Numbered from the stretch's first letter, positions 9,813-17,916 are shown. The stretch: 64,000 nucleotides of DNA from Vicinamibacterales bacterium (GCA_044347565.1 JBIKUN010000001.1:22302-86301), one strand, 5' to 3'. The notes: a model not told the origin generated them from the sequence alone. A program made the numbers and translations.

Positions 9813-10967
9813 TCAGTCGACCGGAAGAAACGCCCATAGCGCCGGGCGGCCGCAGTTGCAGTGCACCGCTCGTCCGAGCAGGCCGCCACCTGCGAGTCCG
9901 AGATACACAGCTGTGCGAGCGGCGTCCCACGCGCCGGGTGCCGGGCGAGCCACCGCGTGGTCACGATTCCCAACGCTTGGGATCGGGTGGAAGATCGTTT
10001 CGACCAGCGCCGGCCGCTCGGGCTCATCGTCCTGGTCGGCGTCGAGCGCGCGGGCAGTCGCCTTCGCAAGCGTCTCGGACACCCCAGCCGCGCGCACGTA
10101 CGCATCCAACTCCGCGACCCCTCGACGGCTGACTGTCGGCAGGATGAGCAGTCCGACGAAGGACCACAGCGTGAACCACAGACTGAGTTCGATCGTGCCG
10201 CCGGCGGAGCCGAGTCGGCCGGGGCCCACGATCGCAGCCGACAATCCGACGCCTGAAAGCGTGAACGCCAGCGCCAGCATTCGACCGCGTCGCCAGGTGC
10301 CGCTCGTGCCGGCCAGCTCGCGGCGGAGCCGCACGCAGGCGAGCTGTTCCGGCGTCAACGACACCTGCCACCGCGCTGGAAGCACGACTCGCCGCGGCCT
10401 CACGACGCCAAGCACGCCGCCGGTAAACCCCTCGTCGTCGCTGGCCACGGTCACATCCGGAAGTTGACCGCCCGAAGACTCGACACCCAGACGGGCCAGC
10501 GACCTGGCCACGGCCATGCGGCCCCACAACAGCAGGAATGACGCGACCGCCCCGACGGCAACGACGCCCCAGACACCTCCGACCCGACCGGCGGCAAGGA
10601 GCGCGACCAGGCTCACGCACAGCACGCAGGCATAGACCACCGCGCCGCGAAGCAGGCGCCCAAGGAATGTCCGGAGCCCCTGGCGGGACCGGCCGTACCA
10701 CACCGGTAACAGGTGCCCGCCGAACAGGTCGAAGGGCAGCTGAACGGCCGCGTGCGATATTGAATAGACGGCCAACGCCAGCGCGGCCGCTCCGACGCCT
10801 GGGCTGACCATGGCATCTACTGCAGCCGGCAGCCCGGCGGCGAGGGCGGCGGTGGTCAGCGTGACCATGGTGCCAACGCCGGAGATGCCAACCCACAGCC
10901 GTGCGCGACCGTAGCCAGGGGCGCGGCCTTCCGACGAAACATACGTTCCTGATGGTGTCGTTGACAT
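9813..10967 (-). CDS. polytopic membrane protein, M48-peptidase-like but lacking HEXXH
   Basis: 384-aa ORF with 4-5 N-terminal TM segments and the layout of an M48/HtpX-type peptidase. RRELA sits where HEXXH is expected (TPEQLACVRLRRELAGTSG), and the C-terminus reads ETIFHPIPSVGNR. It starts 5 nt downstream of the photolyase-like gene. Confidence 0.6.
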   Translation of the reverse strand: MSTTPSGTYVSSEGRAPGYGRARLWVGISGVGTMVTLTTAALAAGLPAAVDAMVSPGVGAAALALAVYSISHAAVQLPFDLFGGHLLPVWYGRSRQGLRTFLGRLLRGAVVYACVLCVSLVALLAAGRVGGVWGVVAVGAVASFLLLWGRMAVARSLARLGVESSGGQLPDVTVASDDEGFTGGVLGVVRPRRVVLPARWQVSLTPEQLACVRLRRELAGTSGTWRRGRMLALAFTLSGVGLSAAIVGPGRLGSAGGTIELSLWFTLWSFVGLLILPTVSRRGVAELDAYVRAAGVSETLAKATARALDADQDDEPERPALVETIFHPIPSVGNRDHAVARPAPGAWDAARTAVYLGLAGGGLLGRAVHCNCGRPALWAFLPVD

Positions 10968-10972
10968 CGGCT

Positions 10973-12235
10973 CTATGGTGATTCGTGAAGCGCCTGGAGG
11001 GGAACTCGTGCAGCCTCCCAGAAGGGGAAGAACCCCTTGGTCGCCAGTGGGAAGAATGCCAGGTCGTGGCCGCGGTCGGCGTAGCGAAGCGTCACGCCGG
11101 TCTTCCTGAGTTCAACGGCGAGCTCGGCCAGCGCTGCGGCGACAAACCCCATGAGCGGCCTGTAGGCCCACACCTCGTCCGCCCCGTTCGCACGGCACCA
11201 GCCGGTGACCTCGGCGGCGCTCCGGGCGTGCGTCACGATCCGTACGCGGGTGTCGGCATCGGCACACGCGCCGGCCACCCACGTGGCGACCAGCTCACCG
11301 GGCGAGTGGTGCCGCCACTTTGCGACGGCATACCGGACCGCAGGCACACGGGTCCAGTCGTCGGGTCGAGGCCCGCAGTCCTCGTCGTGCAGGAGCACCG
11401 CCCGCGGCCGCACGTCACCGGCGGCGGGTCCGAGAGCAGGCCTCACCGCAGAGGTTCGGGCGAGACCATCGTCTGGCAGCGGCCGGGCCGACTCGTCGAG
11501 CTCACCCGGCCTCGGTGACCACCGGCCGTTCGTGAACCTGGCGATGTTGTCGGCGCGGGCCAGGTAGTGCTTGCCCGGCGTCTGAAGGCCCGCCACCCAG
11601 CGCCACGACAGGGTGTTCGACGCCGGGTCGCCGTCCAGCAGATGCTCGAGAAAGAAGCGAGCGCCAAGTTCCCACGGGAGCCTCAGCGTGAAGATCCACA
11701 CGCTCGCGAACCACATCCGCACGTGATTGTGCAGGTATCCCGTGGCGGTCAGTTCCTCGCACCACGCATTGAAATACGGCAAGTCGGTGGTGCCGGATGT
11801 CGCACGGGCGACACGGTCGCTGTCGGTCTGCGGGAGCGTGTCGTCGAGCGACCGAAGCCGCGCGAGGTAGGCGTGCCAGACACCGGGACGGGCCTCGAGC
11901 CACCCTTTCCAGTAGGTCCGCCAGACGACCTCCTGCACGAACTTTTCGACCCGCTCGAACGAGCCGACCGTGCGGGCGAACGCGAGCACTTCCTCCTCCA
12001 GCACCAGCCGCCGCCGGAGATACGGGGACAGCCGACTCGTCGTCAGCCCGTCGGCGTAGTTGCGCGCGGTGCCGTATCTCCCGACAACATCAGCCAGAGC
12101 GCCGAGCCGCGTCAGGCCCGCGGTCCGCGCTGGAACGGTGGTGCCTGCGTCGGCCCGCACAGCTACGGCCCTACTGCCGTGGTCGCGGCGTCGAGGTGTC
12201 CGAGCGCGACCCAGGCGATGAACAGGTTGATGCAC
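10973..12235 (-). CDS. photolyase/cryptochrome-family protein with the FAD-binding domain at the N-terminus (inverted topology)
   Basis: Strings include LSPYLRRRLV, FVQEVVWRTYWKGWLE, WCEELTATGYLHNHVRMWFASVWIFTLRLPWELGARFFLEHLLDGDPASNTLSWRWVAGLQTPGKHYLARADNI, followed by a ~150-aa C-terminal extension. No N-terminal alpha/beta domain is present. The start is uncertain. GTG at 12160, 2 nt after the DoxX stop, is a good alternative. Confidence 0.8.
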   Translation of the reverse strand: MHQPVHRLGRARTPRRRDHGSRAVAVRADAGTTVPARTAGLTRLGALADVVGRYGTARNYADGLTTSRLSPYLRRRLVLEEEVLAFARTVGSFERVEKFVQEVVWRTYWKGWLEARPGVWHAYLARLRSLDDTLPQTDSDRVARATSGTTDLPYFNAWCEELTATGYLHNHVRMWFASVWIFTLRLPWELGARFFLEHLLDGDPASNTLSWRWVAGLQTPGKHYLARADNIARFTNGRWSPRPGELDESARPLPDDGLARTSAVRPALGPAAGDVRPRAVLLHDEDCGPRPDDWTRVPAVRYAVAKWRHHSPGELVATWVAGACADADTRVRIVTHARSAAEVTGWCRANGADEVWAYRPLMGFVAAALAELAVELRKTGVTLRYADRGHDLAFFPLATKGFFPFWEAARVPLQALHESP

Positions 12236-12537
12236 ATCAGCAACAGGGCCGGCAGTGTCTGTGCGACCGAGTCGAGCACGCGGATGCGGGTTGCCACGCC
12301 CACGAACATCATCAGCGCCAGGCCGCCCGCGCTGAACGGCACGAGGGGCAGCCAGAGTTGACCCACGATCAGGCCAAGCGCCCCGAGCACCTCGAGGGTG
12401 CCCACGAGCGTCCGGAGTCGACTGAGGCCGAATCGCTCGAAGTCACGCCGCATGCCCTCGAAGAACAGGGACGCGATGCCGTAGAACAGGAACAGCAAGG
12501 AAGACACGACGATCGATGCATAATATGGCCACGTCAC
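12163..12537 (-). CDS. DoxX-family membrane protein
   Basis: 124 aa with 4 TM segments and DoxX-like strings (LFLFYGIASLF, GLSRLRTLVGTLEVLGALGLIVG). Confidence 0.7.
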   Translation of the reverse strand: MTWPYYASIVVSSLLFLFYGIASLFFEGMRRDFERFGLSRLRTLVGTLEVLGALGLIVGQLWLPLVPFSAGGLALMMFVGVATRIRVLDSVAQTLPALLLMCINLFIAWVALGHLDAATTAVGP

Positions 12538-12567
12538 GCTTGACCGACCTTCAAGCGGCGACGACGG

Positions 12568-12582
12568 TGACCAGTCTGGTCA
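12568..12582. promoter_or_regulatory. perfect 15-bp palindrome TGACCAGtCTGGTCA between the divergent DoxX genes
   Basis: Read directly. It is centred in the 65-bp gap between starts 12537(-) and 12603(+). Confidence 0.5.
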
Positions 12583-12602
12583 GTCATGCGGGGAGCGCAT
12601 TC

Positions 12603-12977
12603 ATGGAGTGGTTGTCACTGACGAATCTGCTTCAAATCGTAGTCGGCCTGGGGCTGTTGAATGTCTGGCTGGTGCGCGGAGGTTCCTCTACATCCTATCG
12701 CGGCGGTAAGGCGCAGACGCTGCAGCAGGAGTTTGCCGCCTACGGCCTGCCCGGGTTCGCCTTCTATCTCGTGGGCGCGCTCAAGATCGGAGCCGCCGTC
12801 GTGCTGCTGGCCGGCGTGTGGATGGCACTTCCGGTGCGGGAGGCAGCGGCCCTCGTGGCTGCGCTCATGATTGGCGCGATTGCCATGCACGTGAAGGTCA
12901 GCGATCCGTTGATGAAGTCGCTTCCCGCCGTGCTGATGCTGGCGATGAGCGCCGCGATCGTCGCCCTGCGCTCGTAG
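12603..12977 (+). CDS. DoxX-family membrane protein
   Basis: MEWLSLTNLLQIVVGLGLLNVWLVR..., 4 TM segments, LKIGAAVVLLAG. The internal Met (codon 30 of track ORF 12516..12977) was chosen as start. Confidence 0.7.
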   Translation: MEWLSLTNLLQIVVGLGLLNVWLVRGGSSTSYRGGKAQTLQQEFAAYGLPGFAFYLVGALKIGAAVVLLAGVWMALPVREAAALVAALMIGAIAMHVKVSDPLMKSLPAVLMLAMSAAIVALRS

Positions 12978-13014
12978 CCCCTGGTCAGAGATACGTTGCC
13001 GAGGTCGCGAGGCC

Positions 13015-13668
13015 TCACCATCCACTCGTGCCGGGGTCTCCCTTGAAGGGACCAACGAGTTCCGGCGTGATCCAGCCGCCGTAGAACCCGCCCGCCTGCC
13101 CCTTGATCCTCACCGCGTCCACGTAGTAATCGCTCCGGGCGGGGTAGAACGAGAGATGGGCGCGGAGGGCTTCGAAGGCCGGCAAAGGCTCGTCGTACGA
13201 CCAACCCACCGCATTCAGCACCATCGGCGCGGCACGCACGGTCCGGTATCTCGCCGTGCCTTTCCACTCGCAGACGGACGACCCCGGCGCGGGCTGCAGG
13301 TATTCGAGCGTGACGTCGGCACGCGGGATGTACACGGTGGGGGGGCTCGCCGTCTCGAGTACCCGAAGGGCGCGGCGCGTGCGCGCCACTTCCACGTCTC
13401 CGACGCGGACGACGATCTGTCTGGGCTCAGCGCCGATGCTTGGAGGCCGCGGGTAGTCCCAGACGGACTCCTGCCCGGGCGCTGGCGCCACGGCAAACGG
13501 CGGACGCACCTGCCCGTAGTAGCGCCAGCCCCCGGGCGTCGGCCCCGGGCGAGTTGGTGACGGGTGGCTGGCCACACTCGTATTGACGGCGAGGCCGCCC
13601 TCGAGGGTCCGGGACGGACGCTCGTTGGCCGGGACGTGGCCCACCCGCCGAGTATGATTGCGGCGCAC
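13015..13668 (-). CDS. DUF427 domain protein
   Basis: ESVWDYPRPP, VARTRRALRVLETASPPTVYIPRADV, SVCEWKGTARY, VGWSYDEPLPAFEALRAHLSFYP. The start is probably internal, because the full ORF overlaps the LOV gene start. Confidence 0.7.
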   Translation of the reverse strand: MRRNHTRRVGHVPANERPSRTLEGGLAVNTSVASHPSPTRPGPTPGGWRYYGQVRPPFAVAPAPGQESVWDYPRPPSIGAEPRQIVVRVGDVEVARTRRALRVLETASPPTVYIPRADVTLEYLQPAPGSSVCEWKGTARYRTVRAAPMVLNAVGWSYDEPLPAFEALRAHLSFYPARSDYYVDAVRIKGQAGGFYGGWITPELVGPFKGDPGTSGW

Positions 13669-14910
13669 CCCGAGGATGCGCGCGTGTCAGCAGAGCCCTC
13701 TCAACAGAACGCGAAGTCGTCGGCCGCCGCTCGCCTTCAGGAACGAGCGCCGGCGGATCAGCTCGCCCTGAAAGATCGTGCGCTCGACGTGGCGGCTGAG
13801 GGCATCACCATTGCAGACGCGCGGTTGCCCGACCGGCCCCTCATCTACGCGAACGAGGGCTTCGAGCACATGACGGGCTACTCCGTGGCGGAGGTGCTGG
13901 GCAGGAACTGCCGGTTCCTGCAGGGCCCCGGTTCCGATCCGGCCGCGGTGGCAGAAATCCGCGCCGCCGTCGCCGGGGAACGCGAGTGCATCGTCGAGAT
14001 CCTGAACTACCGCCGTGACGGCACGACGTTCTGGAATCGGCTCTCGATCACGCCGGTTCGCGACGACCTCGGCGAGGTGACCCATTACATCGGCATCCAG
14101 TCGGACGTCAGCGCCCGTCGCGAGGCCGAGCAGGGACTGCGTCGCGCCAAGGAAGTGCTCGAGCACGATCTCGAGCTAGCGGCGCGGGTTCAGCAGGCCC
14201 TGCTCCCGCCGGTGGAATCGCATCTGGGTGGATTGCGTATCGCGCGCGCGTTCCACCCCTGCACGGGCCTGGCTGGTGACGCGGTGGGTGTCGTGGCCTT
14301 CCCGCGCGGCCAGGTGGGCCTCTACCTGCTGGACGTGAGCGGGCACGGAGTAGGGGCGGCCCTTCTGTCGTTCACCTTGAACCACCTGCTGTCGTCATCG
14401 GTCGAGGGCGAGCTCCTCATCGAGGAGACGGACGACGGACTTGGAGTCGTTCCGCCATCGCGCGTGGCAGAGCGGCTCAACCGGCAGTTCCCGATGGAGC
14501 GAACGCGTCAGTACTTCACGATGGTGTACGGGGTGTTCGACGCATCGCGCGGGCGATTCCACTACGTGATGGCGGGTCACCCCGCGCCGATCCTCCTGCC
14601 CAGGACGGGGCCGCCAGCGCCGCTGCCCGGCAGCGGCCTGCCGATCGGCATGATCGAGCATGCGGCCTACGACGACGAGACCGTCATCCTCCACCCCGGG
14701 GATCGGCTCTACTTCTACACCGACGGGGTCGTCGAAGCGCTGGACGCGTCGGAGCAGGAGTTCGGTCACGAGCGTTTGATGGCGGAGATCGAACGGCAGC
14801 GGAACCGCCCGTTGCGGGCAGGGCTCGATATCGTCGCCGACCTGGTCCGGGACTGGTCGGAAGGCCACCTAAGAGACGACGTGTCGCTGCTTGCGATCGA
14901 GAGGATTTGA
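13654..14910 (+). CDS. LOV (blue-light PAS) domain fused to a PP2C/SpoIIE-type phosphatase
   Basis: LOV signature: IYANEGFEHMTGYSVAEVLGRNCRFLQGPGSD, with the adduct Cys codon at 13909-13911, then NYRRDGTTFWNRLSITPVRDD..HYIGIQSDVS. SpoIIE/PP2C strings follow: LAGDAVGVVAF, LYLLDVSGHGVGAALLS, YFYTDGVVEA. Confidence 0.85.
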   Translation: MIAAHPEDARVSAEPSQQNAKSSAAARLQERAPADQLALKDRALDVAAEGITIADARLPDRPLIYANEGFEHMTGYSVAEVLGRNCRFLQGPGSDPAAVAEIRAAVAGERECIVEILNYRRDGTTFWNRLSITPVRDDLGEVTHYIGIQSDVSARREAEQGLRRAKEVLEHDLELAARVQQALLPPVESHLGGLRIARAFHPCTGLAGDAVGVVAFPRGQVGLYLLDVSGHGVGAALLSFTLNHLLSSSVEGELLIEETDDGLGVVPPSRVAERLNRQFPMERTRQYFTMVYGVFDASRGRFHYVMAGHPAPILLPRTGPPAPLPGSGLPIGMIEHAAYDDETVILHPGDRLYFYTDGVVEALDASEQEFGHERLMAEIERQRNRPLRAGLDIVADLVRDWSEGHLRDDVSLLAIERI

Positions 14911-15124
14911 GAGCGTGACCGGCTGAGCGGGTGCCGCGCTCGGTGACAGACCCGGCGTGATCCAGCCCGGCCTTAGAGACTCACCTGCGATCGTGCGGCC
15001 TCCAGTGCACCTGACATCGTCAGTGCCGCGTCCAACCCAGAGAAAAGTCGATCCCCCGGCGCCCGTTCATCCGCCGATGTTCCTGCGTGGGCTCGCTGCA
15101 GTTCACATTCTGGGAGGTTCGGTT

Positions 15125-15895
15125 ATGGTACGTTCGCGCGTCGCGTCGGCACTGGTCCTCACTCTCATGCCCTCCGCGGCAATGGCTCAGACCAGCAAGA
15201 CGCTGGAGTCGGGTGATTTCGTCGGCATTTCGTTCTGGCTCATCTCCATGGCCCTCGTGGCCGCCACGGCGTTCTTCTTTCTCGAGACCCAGCGGGTCGC
15301 CGGCAAGTGGAAAACGTCGCTCACCGTCTCCGGTCTCGTCACCCTGGTGGCAGCCACTCACTACTTCTACATGCGCGACGTCTGGATCGCGACTGGCAGC
15401 ACGCCCACGGTGTATCGCTACATCGACTGGCTCATCACGGTGCCGCTGCTCATCACGGAGTTCCATCTGATTCTGGCTGCGATCGGCAAAGCCTCCCCTG
15501 GCATCTTCTGGCGTCTCATTGGCAGCACGACGGGCATGCTGGTCGCGGGTTATCTGGGTGAGGCCGGTTACGTCAACGTCTGGCCGGCTTTCATCGTGAG
15601 CATGGCGTTCTGGTTCGTCGTGCTCTACGAAATCTTCGCCGGCGAGGCCTCCAAGGCAGCCACGACCAACGCCCCGGCCTCGGTTCAGTCGGCCTTCAAG
15701 GCGATGCGTCTCATCGTCACGTTCGGCTGGGCGGTGTATCCCATCGGCTACTTCGTCGGTTACCTGACGGGCGGTGACCCTGCCGACAGCATGGGCATGC
15801 TCAACATCGTCTACAACTTCGCCGACGTGGTGAACAAGATTGCCTTCGGCGTCATCATCTGGTCGGTGGCCGTCACCGAGACTGAACGCGGGTAA
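15125..15895 (+). CDS. proteorhodopsin-type light-driven proton pump (DTE motif, Leu105: green-tuned)
   Basis: 256 aa. Signal peptide MVRSRVASALVLTLMPSAAMAQ, then WKTSLTVSGLVTLVAATHYFYMRDVW. RYIDWLITVPLLITEF gives Asp, Thr and Glu at the PR 97/101/108 positions and Leu at 105. The Schiff-base Lys lies in YNFADVVNKIAFGVIIW. GGGAGG lies 7 nt upstream. Confidence 0.92.
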   Translation: MVRSRVASALVLTLMPSAAMAQTSKTLESGDFVGISFWLISMALVAATAFFFLETQRVAGKWKTSLTVSGLVTLVAATHYFYMRDVWIATGSTPTVYRYIDWLITVPLLITEFHLILAAIGKASPGIFWRLIGSTTGMLVAGYLGEAGYVNVWPAFIVSMAFWFVVLYEIFAGEASKAATTNAPASVQSAFKAMRLIVTFGWAVYPIGYFVGYLTGGDPADSMGMLNIVYNFADVVNKIAFGVIIWSVAVTETERG

Positions 15896-15907
15896 AGCGA
15901 TCACGCG

Positions 15908-15943
15908 GGCAGGCACCCGGGCCAGTGGGCCTTGGTGCCTGCC
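15908..15943 (+). other. GC-rich stem-loop between opsin and blh
   Basis: ggcaggcacc (15908-15917) pairs perfectly with ggtgcctgcc (15934-15943). An inner GGCC/GGCC pairing is possible. No U-tract follows. The blh SD GGAGG (15951-15955) follows directly and can pair with CCTCC at 15942-15946, which shares c15942-15943 with the right arm of the main stem. Confidence 0.5.
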
Positions 15944-15960
15944 TCCTCCAGGAGGCTCGC

Positions 15961-16860
15961 ATGACGCGTCCGCTGAGGTGGCAAAGTGCGCTCTTTCTCC
16001 TGGCGAGTCTCGGCGCCTCCGCACTGGCGTTGGGGGGACTTCGCTTCGACCCTCGCACCGAGTTACTCGTATCGACGGTGCTGATCGGTTTGCTGGGCAT
16101 CCCGCACGGCGCTATTGACCCACTGCTGGCCGCGGCAGTCTACGACCTTCGTCGCCCGACCGACTGGTGCTGGTTCGGCGCCAGTTATGTGGCAGTCGCC
16201 CTGGCAGTCGTGCTGGTGTGGCTGTTCGCACCGATGCTGTTTCTCGCCGGATTCCTCCTCGTGTCCATCGTCCATTTCTCCGAGGACCTGGCACCCGGCG
16301 TCTCCTGGGTCTCGCGCGTGGCATATGGGGCGTCGGTCGTGGTCCTGCCGACCGTGCGGTACGCTTCGGAGACCGGCCGACTACTGGGGCTGGTCGCCGG
16401 CGCAGACGCCGCGGCCCCGGTTGTCGCGGTGCTCGCGGCCGTCGCGGGGCCGTTGATGGCGGTGGCGATCTGGCGGGCGCTGGTCGAAGGGGTGCGCAAC
16501 ACGCAGGTGGGACTCGAGTTGGCGGCCGTCGTTCTGCTGTCGGTCTGTGCACCCCCGCTCATCAGCTTCACGGTGTTCTTCTGCGTGATGCACAGCCTGC
16601 GTCATCTGATTCGAGCGGCGCAAACGCAGGCCGACCGGCCGGGCCGGTCGCTGGTGTACGCCGCGGCGTGGCCCATGGCCGGCACCGTCGGCGCAGCGGT
16701 CTTGGGATGGGCACTGCTGGGGAGCCAGTCGCTCGACCAGGCCATGATGCAGCTGGTCTTCGTCGGTCTCGCCGCGCTCACCGTGCCGCACATGGTTCTC
16801 GTCGAAGCCGCGACTCGGGCTGGCTGGCCCCGCATGGCACCCGCGTTCGAGCAGGCCTGA
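15961..16860 (+). CDS. blh: Brp/Blh-family beta-carotene 15,15'-dioxygenase (retinal synthase)
   Basis: Polytopic ~299-aa protein with the family's spaced histidines (GIPHGAIDP, IVHFSED, CVMHSLRHL, LTVPHMV). It lies directly downstream of the opsin. Confidence 0.85.
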   Translation: MTRPLRWQSALFLLASLGASALALGGLRFDPRTELLVSTVLIGLLGIPHGAIDPLLAAAVYDLRRPTDWCWFGASYVAVALAVVLVWLFAPMLFLAGFLLVSIVHFSEDLAPGVSWVSRVAYGASVVVLPTVRYASETGRLLGLVAGADAAAPVVAVLAAVAGPLMAVAIWRALVEGVRNTQVGLELAAVVLLSVCAPPLISFTVFFCVMHSLRHLIRAAQTQADRPGRSLVYAAAWPMAGTVGAAVLGWALLGSQSLDQAMMQLVFVGLAALTVPHMVLVEAATRAGWPRMAPAFEQA

Positions 16861-16883
16861 TACGAGGTCCCCGCTAGCGTCGC

Positions 16884-16902
16884 AGCGCGCGCCCCGCGCG
16901 CT
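16884..16902 (+). terminator. short GC hairpin just after blh (possible terminator; no U-tract)
   Basis: agcgcgc-gcccc-gcgcgct: 7-bp stem with a 5-nt loop, 24 nt after the blh stop. Confidence 0.25.
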
Positions 16903-16928
16903 CACCCGTCATCTCCTTCTCGGGGAGC

Positions 16929-17230
16929 GTGCGCGATGAGCCTGGCAACGCAGTGCTCGACACGACGGTGGTCGTGTTCCCCGACGACGAGGTGCAGTGG
17001 CCGTATCAATCGCGCTACATTCGCCCGGCGCGTCCAGACACCTCGGGCCGATTCGAGATCGCGGGCTTGCCGGCCGGTGGTCCGACCGCGTCCTGGCGCT
17101 GCAGGGGCTCGAAGACGGCCAAGCGACCGACCCGGCGTTCCTCGCGACGCTGCGCGATCGCAGCGAGCGACTCACTCTGGGCGAGGGCGGGGCGAAGTCA
17201 CTGTTGGCGAGCGCCGAGGGGCCGCGCTGT
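16929..17230 (+). pseudogene. frameshifted C-terminal remnant of a CarboxypepD_reg-type (TonB-receptor-associated) protein
   Basis: Frame 1 reads VVVFPDDEVQWPYQSRYIRPARPDTSGRFEIAGLPAGG. It continues in another frame as RVLALQGLEDGQATDPAFLATLRDRSERLTLGEGGAKSL. No N-terminal part is present. Confidence 0.5.
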
Positions 17231-17622
17231 GCGGACTCGCTGAAGCTCAGTGCGGGGTCGCAGGGCCCGTTCTGCGCCGAGCCGGTGCTCGTTCCGTCTG
17301 GCGATCATCAGATCCTGGCTTTCCGCGTCGTTCGCCACGCCAGCGATGTCACGCGCGTGCGCCGCGTCGCTCACGAGTTTGCCGTGAGCGGCGATGAGGG
17401 CCTGAACGTAGTGCTCTTGTGCCAACGGCGACTCGAATTCCGTCATCTGCGCCACGTGAGCGAGCGTGCCAAGGCCCCCGATGGCGTACGCGTCGAGCGC
17501 CCGAATCCGTTCCACTGCGCCAGGTGAGTCAGCGAGAGCAGGGCGTAGGAATCAGCGAGTACTTGGTTCAGGCCGCGCGTGAGTGCAGCCGTGTCGGTTG
17601 AAGCAGCGTCAATGGCCATCAT
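17198..17622 (-). pseudogene. Dps/ferritin-like protein remnant (internal deletion plus frameshift)
   Basis: The N-terminal piece [37 protein letters not shown] (from 17622) breaks frame near 17515. It resumes as ERIRALDAYAIGGLGTLAHVAQMTEF ... DAESQDLMIARRNEH. The expected segment between the HW motif and the ERIRALGG helix is missing. Confidence 0.55.
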
Positions 17623-17916
17623 GTCCTCGCTCTCGGGATGACCGTCGGGCGTGGCCGCCTACATCGCGTCGGCATAAGCCTGCGGGCAGCCGAAAGCGCC
17701 TCGGTTCCCACTTCTCCACCTCTTGGGACGCACGCTACGACCGCGAGGATGCCGGCACGCAACCGATACCCATCCGCGCCTCGCAGCCTGTCCAGCAACG
17801 GTTCGGTCGTGGACCTGAGCCGGCACACCGGGCGCCATACGCTCGGATGGCGGACGTTGCTGCCATCACACATCCGCTTTCCAGCTGTCGTTCACATACG
17901 ACAAAGAGAGATAGAC

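Noticed and set aside
15125-15895. Possibility that the rhodopsin is a sensory rhodopsin or a Na+/Cl- pump
   Set aside because: The motif positions read D-T-E (not NDQ or NTQ). A proteorhodopsin-like His75 equivalent and signal peptide are present, and no transducer gene is adjacent.
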